Of a stretch of 64,000 nucleotides of DNA, positions 12,700 to 26,477 are shown one piece after another. Source of the stretch: Octopus vulgaris (lineage: Eukaryota); contig OX597820.1 in NCBI GenBank assembly GCA_951406725.2, positions 88,350,001-88,414,000 on the forward strand, written 5' to 3'. The notes below the pieces were generated by a model. That model saw only the letters and a program-made list of their open reading frames with translations. It did no database searches and was not told where the DNA came from. The stretch's first letter is position 1. Each line of letters starts with the position of its first letter. A program made the position numbers and the translations under genes.

Positions 12700-12911
12700 A
12701 TATGTTTGTGTTTGTGTTTGTCTCCCCAACATCGCTTGACAACCAGTCTTGGTGTGTTTACGTCCCCGTAACTTAGCGGTTCGGCAAAAAGACCAATATA
12801 ATAAGTACTAGGCTTCCAAAGAATAAGTCCTGGGGTCGATTTGCTCGACGAAAGGCGGTGCTCCAGCATGGCCACTGTCAAATGACAGAAACAAGTAAAA
12901 GAGTAAAAGAG
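12400..12911 (+). mobile_element. SINE family C full copy (12524-12911) with internal (TA)/(TG) microsatellite, preceded by an inverted 5' half (12400-12516)
   Basis: tRNA-like head, caccttgggc(a)agtg motif, internal microsatellite, tail gtccccgtaacttagcggttcggc..gaaacaagtaaaagagtaaaagag. Confidence 0.9.
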
Positions 12912-13465
12912 TATATATATATGTGTGTGTGTGTGTATGTATGTGTGTATGAATATATATATGTGTATATATACATATATATGAGGTGTGCGTGTGTGTA
13001 TGTATGCAAGCATATATGTATGCATGTGTATACGTATGTAATTGGCTGTGTGTGTATGCAACCATGCATGTATGTATGTATTTGTATGTATGTGTGTGTG
13101 TGTGTGTGTGTGCGCGCGTTATGCTTGCATGTCTGTGTTTTCTGTCTGTCTGTCTATCAATCTATACGTGCGTGTACGTGTGCGTGAGAAAGAAAGAGAG
13201 AGAAAAAGATAGATAGATAGACAGACTCAATAGTAATGCTTACGTTTCTATAATACATAGGTGTTACCCTTCCTCTCCCTCTTTACTCTTGGTCTATTTA
13301 TTTATTATTATTCTTGTCATTATTATTATTATTAGTATTTGGGTTAGGGTGTACTTGTGAAGTGGTTATACGTTTCAAGCGCCATATACAACATTGCACT
13401 CTATACCTGTCTTACCCATTCTCACCCGCCTCACGAAACCACACCCACCCCAGCTGATAGATGTA

Positions 13466-13504
<39 letters not shown>

Positions 13505-13519
13505 ATGTATTCTCCTTAG

Positions 13520-13597
13520 CTACCCCGGGTGGAGGTCACGCCGGCGCCAGCAAGACGGCTGCTTTTGCGGCAAGTCACACACCTGGCCGACCAACAG
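13520..13597 (+). other. Candidate 78-nt exon of an unknown host gene
   Basis: GC-rich unique island with acceptor tattctccttag and donor CAG|gtgggt; length divisible by 3; all three frames open. Confidence 0.3.
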
Positions 13598-14188
13598 GTG
13601 GGTGAAGGTGAAACACTGAGGCAAGGATGAGGGCGGGTAGATGCGTAGACGGGGGGGTAGAGAGGTGGTGGATGGGAGGGTGGGGGGATCAAAAGAAGGG
13701 GAATGTTTCAGCGGGTGTGGGTGGTTACTAAACATAAACAAACAGGAAAACTAATATATAACTAAATTTAAAAAAAAAACAAAAAAAAAAAAAACAAAAC
13801 AAGAAAACTACTGAGCAAGATGACTGATTGATTAAGACGGCTGGGGTGGTGATGGTGGTGGTGGTGGTGGTAGTGGTGATAGTGGTGGTGGGGCCGGTGG
13901 GGGACGGAGGTGTCGGGGGGGAAAGTGGTAGCGGTGCGGAGGTGGTTGTAGTTGTGACGGTGATAGTTGTGGCGGTGTTGGTGGTAGTGTAGGTTGTGTG
14001 TGTGTATGTGGGGGGGGGGGGTAATGGCTGTCATTGTGGCGGTAGTGTTAGTTGTATGTGTGTGGGAGTCGATTGTTGTTGTGGTGGTGGTGGTGGTGGT
14101 GTCGGTGGTAGTGGTGATAATAGTTATAGCGGTGATTATGTTGGTGATAATTGTGGGAGTGCTGATAGAGGTGATAGTGATAGAACTT

Positions 14189-14189
<1 letters not shown>

Positions 14190-14242
<53 letters not shown>

Positions 14243-14530
14243 CGCTAGTAGTAGTAGTGGTAGTAGTAGAAGAAGTAGAAACAGCAGCAGTGGTAGTAGT
14301 AGTAATAGTAGTAACAGTAGAAGTAGTAGTAGTAGTAATAGTCTAGTAGTATTAAGTTGTAGTAGTAGTACTAGTAGTAGTAGAAGCAGTAGAAGTAGTA
14401 GTACTAGTAATTGTAGTAGTCGTTGTAGTACTAGTAATTGTAGTAGTAGTAGTAGAAGCAGTAGAAGTAGTAGCAGTAATAGTTTAGTAGTATTAGATAG
14501 TGTAGTAGTTGTAGTAGTAGTAGTATTAAT

Positions 14531-14610
<80 letters not shown>

Positions 14611-14993
14611 ATAGTAGTAGTAGTAGTAGTAGTAGCTGTTGATAGTAGCGGTGGTAGTGGTTGTGATGGTGGTGATTGTTGTGGTACAGTTAGTGGTATT
14701 GGTGCTTGTGTAGTGGTAGTGTTTGTGGGAACGGTTCTAATAGTGGCGATGGTGTTGGTGGTTGTTGTTGCTAGTCGTAGTGGTCGTCGTGGTTGAAGTG
14801 GCGGTAGTGATGGTGCTGGTAGCCGATATCGTGTAACATCTGTCATAAATAACTGTATGTATATTTGTATGTATGTATGTATGTATGTATGTATGTATGT
14901 ATGTATGTATGTATGTATGTATGTATAGAATGAATGTATGTATTTATGTATGTATGTATGCATGTATGTATAGAATGAATGTATGTATATATG

Positions 14994-15027
<34 letters not shown>

Positions 15028-15315
15028 TGTATGTATGTATGTATGAATGTATGTATGTATGTATGTATAGAATGAATGTATGTATGTATGTATGTATGTA
15101 TGTGTGAATGTGTGTATGTATGTATGCATGTATGTATGTGTGTATGTATGTTGTAAGTATGTATGTATATATGTATGTATGTATGTATGTGTGTATGTAT
15201 GTATGTATGTATGTATGTATATATGCATGTATGTATGTATGTATGTATGTATATATGCATGTATGTATGTATGTATGTATGTATGTATATTTGTATGTAT
15301 GTGTATGTGTGTGTC
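14190..15315. repeat. Compound microsatellites (TAC)n, (TAG)n, (GTG)-rich and (TATG)n
   Basis: Seen directly. Confidence 0.95.
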
Positions 15316-16034
15316 TGTAAGAGCGTGTGTGGACGTGTGGTAGACAGACACAGGGTTTGTTTACCGCCGCCATCAGTACGAGATAATTTACCACACAAAT
15401 GCATACATACACAAATACACAAAAAAAATACACACAAATATAAACACAAACACACACACACACATACACACACACACACACATAAACACACACAGAGTCA
15501 ACGCACATACACGCACACATACACAAAGGAAAGGAAGGGCACCACCAGCTAAAGTACACAGCAGAAGCAACAGATTACTTCCCTTTACTTTCTCTCCACC
15601 ACTTCCTCCAATATCACGCTGTATATATAATAAGTCTTTTTAAAACATCTATTTCGGACACACACGCACACTTTATTGAGTAGTTGGAGTCGGATGGGGG
15701 GGTCTTTTTGTTTGTTGGTTTGGTTCTGCTTTCTTTTTTTTTTTTTTTTTTTTTTTTTTGGTTTTTGCGATATTTTGCTTATCATATTTGCCTTTTCCTC
15801 GTTGTTGTTCTGGCTTTTGTTATTGTAGTTGTTATATATTTGTGGATGTGTTTCTTTTAAGTTCACGACTTTCTCGGTCAGACCCTCTGCCATGTTCGCA
15901 CACAAAATGCTATCTTTTACCGCCTGTTCCAATCTTTCCTTCCTCCCTCCCTTCCTTTCCAGTTTGCCATAAATCCTCCTCCACCTCCTCTAAACATTTC
16001 TTCCATTTTCTTTCTCTTTTCTACAGACCCTATC

Positions 16035-16555
<521 letters not shown>

Positions 16556-16559
16556 TATA

Positions 16560-16740
16560 TAGTTCAAATTTATAAAAAAAAACCAAACGACTAAGACTGG
16601 TGTAGGAACAACAAGCAGGTGTTTAACCATCGGGAAAAATGGAAATGTCTTTTACATTTCGAGCCTACGCTCTTTGAGAGAAAAGAATAAGAGGAAAAAA
16701 TAGAAAGAGAAAAACTGTATAGAGTTCAGCGGTTCAAAAT
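16560..16740 (-). mobile_element. Family H2 Penelope-type repeat, degenerate
   Basis: Minus strand gagcgtaggctcGAAAtgtaaaaaga..cctgcttgttgttc. Confidence 0.6.
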
Positions 16741-16801
16741 GACGAGATGTCTATACATACATACATACATACATACATACATACATACATACATACATAC
16801 A

Positions 16802-16834
<33 letters not shown>

Positions 16835-16888
16835 GTATATATATATATATACACAACACACACACACTCACACACATATATAAATATG

Positions 16889-17158
16889 TGAAGGCGCATG
16901 GCTCAGTGGTTAGAACGTCGAGCTTACGATCGTGAGGTTGTGAGTTCGATTCCCGGACCGAGTTTCGTCTTGTGTTCTTGAACAAGACATTTTATTTCAC
17001 GTTGCTCCAGTTAACTCAGCTGTAGAAATGAGTTGCGACATTACTGGTGCCAAGCTGTATCGGCTTTTGCCTTTCCCTTGGATAGCATCAGTGGTGTGGA
17101 GAGGGGAGGCTGGTATGCATGAGCGAATCCCATGATCTTTCATGACCGAAGGGGTTCT
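16889..17158 (+). mobile_element. CORE-type SINE (head B) with tail 3
   Basis: ggcgcatggctcagtggttag..gttcgattccc (A and B boxes), CORE-like tgtgttcttgaacaagacattttatttcacgttgctccagttaactcagctgtagaaatgag, tail ending catgaccgaagggg. Confidence 0.9.
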
Positions 17159-17886
17159 TCTCCTCCTTTATATATATATATACATTAGAAAAAATAAGTT
17201 ACTCAGAGATCTGGATGGTTGTACATATACAAATATTTATTAACATGTCACATGTTTTTACAAATCACATATAAGCGCTTTCATCTACTCTAATAGATTC
17301 TTCAGATTAAAATTTTGTGAAGGGATTTGTCTGTTTTTATAGTATTAGTGAATGGATTGGGGTGGAGAGAGAGGGGGAAAGAAGAGTAATATGGAGTGTA
17401 TAGTGTAGGAAAAGATGGAGAGAAATGGGGAGATAGTGGAGGGAGAAAAAGAGAGAGTGTGTGTGTGTGTATGCTTGCGTGTGTGTGTGTGCCTGTGTAT
17501 CTGAAAGGAAGAGTTTTGAACGAGACAAAGAGAAAAGAAAAAGAATATATATTTTTAAGTAGGTGGCAAGAACAGATGCTTACTTTGGTTCAGCCAGCTC
17601 ACCAGGGTTTCTGAAAGAAAAATATTTTCAAAGTGAAAAAATGTGTTTTTTCTTAACGTCAATGGAAAAGAGTAGAAAAGAAAGAAAGAAAGAAAGAAAG
17701 GATAAAAAAAGAAAGAAGGAAAAGAAAAAATGTGCTTATATCTATACAGTTGGTCAGTTCTTTGAATAGAAGATGACATGTTGATTCTTGGTCTGTGAAA
17801 ATGGCAAGACTAGGTGGTTACTCTAAAGGGGGTGGTCTGTATTGATGAGGAATAATGAAAGTTATTTTTCAAAAAATTGTCTGGAC

Positions 17887-18075
<189 letters not shown>

Positions 18076-18149
18076 TGTCCAATGCTTGATTCTCATGCTG
18101 GTATGGTTTGGAAAATCTGGATGCAAGAATGTTTCTATTTATGTATACA

Positions 18150-18183
<34 letters not shown>

Positions 18184-18224
18184 TGCATATATCTTTGGGT
18201 TCCAGATATATGCACTATTCCGCA

Positions 18225-18905
18225 ACACTCCACCTGCATTTAAGAAAGAGGACTGCTTGAACAACATGGGCTGGCAACCATCCCACTGGACGCCAGTTCC
18301 TGTCCAGTTCCAAGCAGTCGATAATTTTGCAAGCATCTGCCAACGTGTTCTGAACCGGTTAAACTCTAACTCCAACGCTGCATAGACATCATCATAAAAC
18401 CGGCCTCTACAAAACTGAAGCTCTGCGCCAAGTTCAAGACATCTCCTCTATTGCTCGCTGTTCTCCAACCCTACGTCCAACAACCAACAGACTATCCATG
18501 ACTTTATCTCTTCTTCCCGTCTCCCTCCCACTGCCTCCAACCTTATTGTCCGCACTACACCCCCACTCCTCCATTTACTTCCTTCCCCAAATCCACAGGC
18601 AAAACAACCTTGGCCGCTCCATCGTCTCCGCCTGTAACTGCCCCACAGAATTGATCTCAAAATACCTCGACCGTGTTCTTGCCCCCCTAGTGGCTTCCCT
18701 CCCCTCCCACATCCACGACACTAACCATTTCAACTCTTTCTCTTTCCCTCCTGGCCCCTCTAAACTTCTCTTCACACTTGATATCAAGAGTCTATATACG
18801 GTGATCCTACACAATGAAGGACTTCTTGCCCTCAAACACTTCCTAGACCCTCGACATAACCCCCAACTTGACACCTCCACATTTCTTCGTCTGGCTGAAC
18901 TTGTT
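18225..18905 (+). pseudogene. Penelope-like element reverse transcriptase fragment
   Basis: YFLPQIHRQNNLGRSIVSACNCPTELISKYLDRVLAPLVASLPSHIHDTNHF..LFTLDIKSLYTVILHNEGLLALKHFL..FLRLAELV matches PLE RT motifs (LPKIHK..GRPIVS; LDV.SLYT.IP). Confidence 0.9.
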
Positions 18906-19469
18906 CACTCCACCTCCACCCCTAACCTCACACTTCCATTCTGCCACACACCCCTAGTCCACACCTCCACCCACCCTCCACCCACCCTCCACCCACACCC
19001 ACTCTGCACCTGCACCCACACCCACTCTGCACCTCCACCCACACACACCTCCACCTACTCCACACCTTCACCCACCCACACCTCAACTCCATACATCCAC
19101 CCACCCACACTCACATCCCAACCCCACACCCACATTCCCCCTAAATTCCACACTTCTACCCCCGCATCACCATCCCCACACCACATCCCACCCCAACAAG
19201 ACCAGCCCACTAGCACTGACGACTTCCCAGCACCCACACCACACACCATCATCCGCACACTCATACACCATCATCCACACAGGCACACTCTACAGGTGCA
19301 CAAACGTACACACGCACGCATCCACACACATCAGGGGTCACTAGCCCCTATCCACACACACACACATTCTCACATGCAGACACGCACGCGCAGCTTCGTT
19401 TTGGGATCACCAATACTTTATTATCTGCCCTTCTTTCTACCTTTAATGTCAAACCTTTTTTTCCAACCA

Positions 19470-19660
19470 GTTGCCATGCTTGACCGCTAAATCCACAAGT
19501 TTCTTTCATTCTCTCTCTGTTTATATCCTCGTATTCTTTTGTGTTAGTGAACGTAGGCTCGAAACGTAAAAGACATTTTCACTTTTCCGAGTGCCAAGCT
19601 AATACATCAGCTTGTTGTTCATAGACCTGTCTTCGTCTTTCGTTTTTCTGTAAATTTCGT
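19470..19660 (+). mobile_element. Family H2 repeat (putative Penelope pLTR) downstream of the RT fragment
   Basis: catgcttgaccgctaaatccacaag..cgtaggctcGAAAcgTAaaaga..cttgttgttcatagacctgtcttcgtc; same strand as the RT. Confidence 0.65.
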
Positions 19661-19704
<44 letters not shown>

Positions 19705-19759
19705 ACACACACATATATATATATATATATGTATACATATAGGATTGGCTGTGTGGTCA

Positions 19760-20140
19760 TAGGGGCAGGAGTAGCTTGCTTACCAACCACATGGCTCTAG
19801 ATTCAGTCCCAATGCATGACATCATGAGCAAGTGTCTTGTATTATAGCCTCGGGCCGACCGAAGCCTTGTGAGTGGATTTGGCAGACAGAAACTGAAAGA
19901 AGCTTGTCGTATGTGAGTGTATGTATGTGTGTGTGTGTGTATGTATGTGTTTGTGTGTCTGTGTTTGTCACTCCGCCATCGTTTGCCAACCGATGTTGGC
20001 GTGTTTATGTCCCTGTAGCCTAGAGGTTCTGCAAAGAGACCGATAAAATAATTACTAGGCTTACAAAGAATAAGTACTGGGATCGATTCGTTCGACTTAA
20101 GTTTGTGCACCAAATGACTGAAACAAGTAAAAGAGTAAAA
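19760..20140 (+). mobile_element. SINE family C
   Basis: Head, internal (TG) tract and tail ..gaaacaagtaaaagagtaaaa. Confidence 0.85.
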
Positions 20141-20314
20141 TAATATCTATCTATCCATCTGTCTGTCTATCTGTCTGTCTGCCAGTCTATCTGTGTATCT
20201 TTCTGCCTGTCTATCTGTCTGCCTCTCTCTTCCTCTCTCTCTCTCTCTTCCTCTCTCTCTCCCCCTCTCTCTATCCATCCATCCATCCATCCATCCATCC
20301 ATCCATCCATCCAG

Positions 20315-20395
<81 letters not shown>

Positions 20396-21544
20396 CACCA
20401 ATCTCGCTTTATCATTTTTCTCGTCTCTTAGCTCGTTTCCTTTATATACTATTCCCTAACATCCCCCACATACACACACACACAGACGCACACACACAGA
20501 CGCACACACACACTCAGAAATATACACACGCACACACACACTCAGAAATATACACACGCACACACACATACTCTCTGTCTGTTTGTCTGTTTGTCTGTCT
20601 CTCTCTTTGCTCCTTCAAACACACAGCATACATACACACACACACAGACATATGTACATAATACATATTTATCGATATTGCTATCAACGTATTTCATTCT
20701 CTGTAAACATTCCCACATTGTAACGGTATACAAATGTACAAAAGAGGTATTCAAGTCAAACCCATAATGCTTAGTTATATCGGAACAAACCTGGAACATT
20801 ACATCAAGCAATTTACCGACATGACCACTCATAAAATGCAAACAGAAGTTAAGTTAAATATTATTCTTTAAAATAAAAATCTAGGCTATTTTCCCATTTG
20901 GTGAAGAAAACAGTCGTCGCCGTCGTAGTCGTAGTCGTCGTCGTTGGTGTCGTAAGCAAAAAACTGGAAAGGTGGTACAGTAACAAAATTCCAATCACAC
21001 CAATATGTAGGTGTGTGTTTCTGTGACTGTACATGTGACCCTCGTTGATAAAGGTAAACGAATGGGTGGTTGCTATTCTTTTTCTAATGTGCCCCGTAAG
21101 TAGAACACATTTAACTCAAGTTAACACAAGAATGCAAACTGATACTTTTGAAAATTGTTTTGATAATTGTACGTTACTTTATATGTTTTTTGTGGAGTTC
21201 ATTTCAAATATCAGAAAAGCTCTTTCACATTATCTAAGGTTTCCCGCATTTTAATGATAAAATATTCCATAATTTGTATGTAAATCCATATACTGTAGGA
21301 CAAATTGTAACTAGTAAAGATGAATTTGATACACTATTCAGTAAAATAAATTGGCGCAAATGCAATTAATAGATGAGAAAATAAATTTTTACAAGGGTAC
21401 CATTCATTTTTTTTTTGGTCCAGCACCTCCAAATTTTTCCTTTTTCATTTGGAAACTACGCCTGGAACTCTTTCACTCGTGAGCATTTGATCGACATTCG
21501 CAATACGGCATCCAACAGTAGTCAGTTATATTGATATCTTATCT

Positions 21545-21929
21545 GTGGAGGCGCAATGGCCCAGTGGTTAGGGCAGCGGACTCGCGGTCATAGAATCGCA
21601 GTTTCGATTCCCAGACCGGGCGTTGTGAGTGTTTATTGAGCGAAAACACCTAAAGCTCCACGAGGCTCCGGCAGGGGATGGTGGTGATCCCTGCTGTACT
21701 CTTTCGCCACAACTTTCTCTCACTCTTACTTCCTGTTTCTGTTGTACCTGTATTTCAAGGGGCCGGCCTTGTCACTCTCTGTGTCACGCTGAATATCCCC
21801 GAGAACTACGTCAAGGGTGCACGTGTCTGTGGAGTGCTCAGCCACTTACACGTTAATTTCACGAGCAGGCTGTTCCGTTGATTCGGATCAACCGGAACCC
21901 TCATCGTCGTAACCGACGGAGTGCTTCCA
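21545..21929 (+). mobile_element. SINE head D with tail 1, young copy with TSD
   Basis: Nearly identical to 37143-37526; TSD gatatcttatct (21533-21544) / gatatctcatct (21930-21941). Confidence 0.92.
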
Positions 21930-22634
21930 GATATCTCATCTTTCTTAAAATCTTCTTTCCATATCCTTTATGTCTTGATGAAACCATTCCCCTTGCTCCG
22001 TACTCACATTTTCCGAAAATAAATCCAAAGTAAGAAATTAACTTTAATGCTAATTTTACATCCTAAAGCCTCAAACTTTTCCAACATTCTTCCCTTTATG
22101 TGTTTGTAGTTTGAATCCTTGTGATTACTCAAGAAGTTTTTTTATCACATCTCTAAAACTAATCCAAGCATCTTTCTCAAAATCACTTAGTGAATTTTTA
22201 AAACTTTTATCCTTAGAGGGCTTCCTTATATTTGGTCCTACAAGTAAACTTTCTTCAACCTTGACGTCTGATAGAGCAGGAAACTTGCTACGCAAATACT
22301 TGAAGCCTTCTGCATCCTGTGGCCAAACTTTTATGAATTGCTTCATGAGGCCAAGTTTTATAAGCAGAGGAGACAAAAAAGTCATCTTCGGATCAATCAG
22401 TTTCTCGAAGGATACTCTTTATTCCTGGTGTAAGCGTGTCCTACTTGGCCTTTCTGTTTTAGACCAATGGAGATTCTTGGCTCTACTATTCCATTCACAC
22501 AAGAAAAACAAGGAAACTTTGTATAGCCTATAAATGTTATCCAAGCAGCATAAGGGTTATTTTCAAGTTGTCGCAAATCATCCAGGTGTGATCTTTGAAT
22601 TTAATCTCGTGTAAGAATGACACGAAATTTTCAC

Positions 22635-22925
22635 ATGTGAGCTCGAATCCCGGACCGGGCTGCGTGTTGTGTTCTTGAGCAAGGCACTTTATTTCACGTT
22701 GCTCCAGTTCACTCAGCTGTAGAAATGAGTTGCGACGTCACTGGTGCCAAGCTGTATCGACCTTTGTCTTTCCCTTGGATAACACTGGTGGCGTGGAGAG
22801 GGGAGGCTGGTATGCATGGGCGACTGCTGGTCTTCCATAAACAACCGTGCCCGGACTTGTGTCTAGGAGGGTAACTTTCTAGGTGCAATCCCATGGTCAT
22901 TCATGACCGAAGGGGGTCCATACCC
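22635..22925 (+). mobile_element. CORE-type SINE (head B, 5'-truncated) with tail 3
   Basis: ctcgaatcccggaccgggctgcgtgttgtgttcttgagcaaggcac..catgaccgaagggg. Confidence 0.88.
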
Positions 22926-23789
22926 CTTTATTTTCATGATCGCTGGAAACAGTTCTAAGACGTTCCTTTGAAGAGTCAATAGCCTGCATTCACCAGGACT
23001 GTGACTTATGCCAAACTTACCTATTAGTCCCGTTGTATTTGTACAATAAACCAATTTTTTTGAGCAAAATAAGGAACAAATTCTTTTCCGCTGTTATGAT
23101 ACCATTAGAATGATACACGATGAGCTAAAAGATTCTCGAATTTAAGTCTAGAACCTAAAAGCTCTGCTGACTCCTTTACTACATCATTTAATTTACACTG
23201 GTTGAATAGTTGGCGTTCTTCACCTCCTCTACTATCGAAGTTTATCATCGTCATTGCTATTTATGCCTTTTGACTCCGACCTCAAGTATATGTCTCGATA
23301 GTTTCCTGTTGGTGAAGTCACTGGAACATCTGGTCCATTGGCAAAGTTCGCAATGTAGAGGGAAGATTTATATAAACAATGTTTTTCACTCCCTTCAAAT
23401 TGTTTTCCCAGCACCTTACATGAGCAAAAGTTTCAGTCATCACTATGATTTTTAGGCTCTCTCCATATCATGGGAACCCCAAACTGAAAAGACTTCTTTG
23501 TACATTTTGTCCATTCTTTGTAAAAAATACTTCTTGCGTAATCACAAAGATTCAAACTACAAACATATAATGGGAAGAATGTTGGAAAAGTTTGAGGCTT
23601 TAGGATGTAATCGATTTTGTGAAGAAACTACATGATGGGACAATTTGTTTTTGTAATTTTTGAAATCAGTAGGTAAAAATTAGTCAATTTCGCGCAGTAA
23701 AAGTCAATTTTTTAGTTGCAGAACTGTGATACTGACCCCAGTATTCTTGGAATCAATACTCCTTTCTCGATCTATTTTCAACATATCTT

Positions 23790-24290
23790 TTTATCTTTTA
23801 ACTTTTACTTGTTTCAGTTATTAAATTGCGGCCATGCTGGGGCACCGTATTCAAGGGTTTAAATCGAACAGATCGATACCAGTGCTCTCTTACGTTTTAA
23901 AGTTTGGTACTTATTTATTCGTGTGTTTTGCTGAACCGCTAAGTAACGAATTTAACAACGGTTATCAACGGTTAAAGGCGGTGAGCTGGCAGAGACGTTA
24001 GCACGTCGGGCGAAATGCTTAGTGGTATTTCGTCCGCCGCTACGTTCTGAGTTCAAATTTCGCCGAGGTCGACTTTGCCTTTCATCCTTTCGGGGTCGAT
24101 TAAATAAGTACCAGTTACACACTGGGGTCGATATAATCGATTTAATCCGTTTGTCTGTCCTTGTTTGTCCACTCTATGTTTAGCCCTTTGTGGGTAGTAA
24201 AGAAATAGGTTATCAGACGGGAAGGGAGGGGCAAACACTAACACCAAGGCACACACAGATATACGTATATGTACACATATATACACACAA
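23790..24290 (-). mobile_element. SINE family C 3' half containing a nested family A SINE (23974-24210, + strand)
   Basis: cttttacttgtttcagt..gaaccgctaag, interrupted by aaggcggtgagctggc..aaagaaatagg with approximate TSD ggttatca(g)acgg. Confidence 0.8.
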
Positions 24291-24424
24291 CAGTTCATTA
24301 CATCATTTCTTGCTATCTTGTCATTTATTTAATTTCTTATTACGCCCTGTACTCGGCTGATGCTTCTTTGTGACGCATATGTATATTGAGTTCTAACATC
24401 AGGTTATTAGTATCGCTATGCGAA

Positions 24425-24478
<54 letters not shown>

Positions 24479-24517
24479 ACAATTGAGGGTAAAATTAATT
24501 AATTAATCAATTAATCA

Positions 24518-24553
<36 letters not shown>

Positions 24554-24555
<2 letters not shown>

Positions 24556-25119
24556 AACAATTTAATAAATAAAACATGTGCATACATACATACATAGATA
24601 CATACATAAATATAGGTACATACCTACATCTATATGTATATATACATGTACAGGACACCACAAATAAACGTAGAACACAACGAGAAACGAAAACATAAAA
24701 CCAAACAAGACTGTTTTTTTGTTGTTAAAAAAAGTCCGTTTCCTTGTTTGGTTTTATGTTTCCGTTTCTCGTTGTGTTCTGCGCTTATTTGTGGTGTCCT
24801 GTACTCATATATGCATGTATATATACATATAGATGCAGGTATGTACATATATAATTTCTTTGCTACCCACAAGGGGCTAAACACAGAGGGGACAAACAAG
24901 GACAGACAAACGGATTAAGTCGATTACATCGACTTCAGTGCGTAAGTCGTACTTAATTTATGGACCCCGAAAGGATGAAAGGCAAAGTCGACCTCGGCGG
25001 AATTTGAACTCATAACGTAACGGCAGACGAAATACGGCTACGCATTTCGCCCGGCGTGCTAACGTTTCTGCCGGCATATGTATGTATGTATGCATATGTT
25101 TTATTTATTAAATTGTTAT
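24554..25119. repeat. Long palindrome (core arms about 24610-24710 and 24745-24852) with a family A SINE (24855-25073, - strand) inserted in the right arm
   Basis: gtacaggacaccacaaataaacgtagaacacaacgagaaacg.. is mirrored by ..cgtttctcgttgtgttctgcgcttatttgtggtgtcctgtac; outer arms ataacaatttaataaataaaac / gttttatttattaaattgttat. Confidence 0.9.
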
Positions 25120-25166
25120 TATATGATTGAACGCACGCGTCGTTTTCTTCTTCTTCTTCCAAGTAA

Positions 25167-25214
<48 letters not shown>

Positions 25215-25220
<6 letters not shown>

Positions 25221-25397
25221 GCTGAAATTTTTTAGAAAAACAAAAGACGAAGACAGTTCTATGAACAACAAGCAAGTATATAAGTTTGACGTTCGGGAAA
25301 ATGAAATAGTTTTTTACGTTTCGAGTCCACGCTCTTCAACAGAAATGAATAAGAAAAAATAAACAGAGAGAGAAGGAAAAAAGCTTGTACATTTTAG

Positions 25398-25400
<3 letters not shown>
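25215..25400 (-). mobile_element. Family H2 repeat with hammerhead-like motif (25310-25346)
   Basis: Minus strand catttCTGTTGAAgagcgtggactcGAAAcgTAaaaa. Confidence 0.65.
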
Positions 25401-25445
<45 letters not shown>

Positions 25446-25678
25446 GGAAATAATAAGGGTCGAAAATTTAGAGAAATATTCTACCGGTGGCCAGCATACG
25501 TAATAAAGTCAATAGACAAGATATTTTTCACATAAATTATTGTACGTTTTTATACACAAAGGAGGTGACCTTAAGACACCTTACATGCTGGAAAGGGTTG
25601 CTCTTTCCGCACCTAACCTGTTGGAAAGGCCTATCTTTTCCACCTCTTTTGTGTATAAAAACGTACACTAATTTACAT

Positions 25679-25739
<61 letters not shown>

Positions 25740-25799
25740 CCAAGACCCATTGTCAAGGGGTGAATGGGGGGGGGGTCAAACACAGACACAAAGCCACAC

Positions 25800-26050
25800 A
25801 AACACACACATATTGTGTTTGTGTTTCTCCCCCATCCCCACCACCACAGCTTGACAACCGCTCTTGGTGGGTTTACATCTCCGTAACGTAGCGGTTCGAC
25901 AAAACAGACCGATAGAATAAATACCAGGCTTAAAAAGACAAGTACTGAGGTCGATTCATTCGACAAAAAAAACAAAAAAAAAAGATACAAGGTGGTGCTC
26001 CAGCATGACGGCAGTCAAATGACTGGAACAAGTAAAAGAATAAAAGAACA
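25800..26050 (+). mobile_element. SINE family C 3' half
   Basis: cttgacaaccg..ccgtaacgtagcggttcgac..gcagtcaaatgactggaacaagtaaaagaataaaag. Confidence 0.8.
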
Positions 26051-26477
26051 TATATGGGGGGGGGGGGATGTTTGCTAATTTTACGGTTGCTATTTTAAAG
26101 GAATTGAGCAAATAACGGCAGGACATTTTGTGATAGGGATTGGAACCAATAGCAAATCGATAAACTGTACAAATGACGTCAGTGATACTTGAATACTTGA
26201 AGTACTGAAATGGCTGTCATTATGATGTATGGGAATTTAGTTGTCTGTCTATATTTGAATGGTTTAGTAAATGTGTAGGATGTATCAGATAAGATAAGAG
26301 AAATGACTGCCTTCAAACCTGTCATCTGCTACACGATGTAACAACAGCCTCATACATAAGAGGCGATGAAACTCCTCAACTGTGACCCTCTTCTTTCATT
26401 TTTGGTTTTTTCTTGTATGACTGACTATCACTCTTGCTCCTTCCTTTTGTGTGTCTTGCTTTCACATTCTGCCTTCC

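Larger units (their letters stand above)
21450..23728 (-). mobile_element. Decayed Chapaev3-like DNA transposon (CMC superfamily) interrupted by two SINEs
   Basis: Minus-strand peptides FGVPMIWREPKNHSDD, ESAELLGSRLK, LSPLLIKLGLMKQFIK..FKYLRSKFPALS..VGPNIRK..EKDAWISF, EQGEWFHQDIKDMERRF and DYCW; CAC-starting terminus at 23728. Family assignment is from recalled motifs. Confidence 0.7.

Noticed and set aside
16889-16960. tRNA-like sequences with A and B boxes (also at 21545, 37143, 49072 and others)
   Set aside because: They lack a complete acceptor stem and continue directly into SINE bodies.
18498-19490. 330-aa ORF as an intact gene
   Set aside because: Only the N-terminal ~135 aa is Penelope RT, truncated before the catalytic DD motif; the rest is C/A-rich low-complexity sequence.
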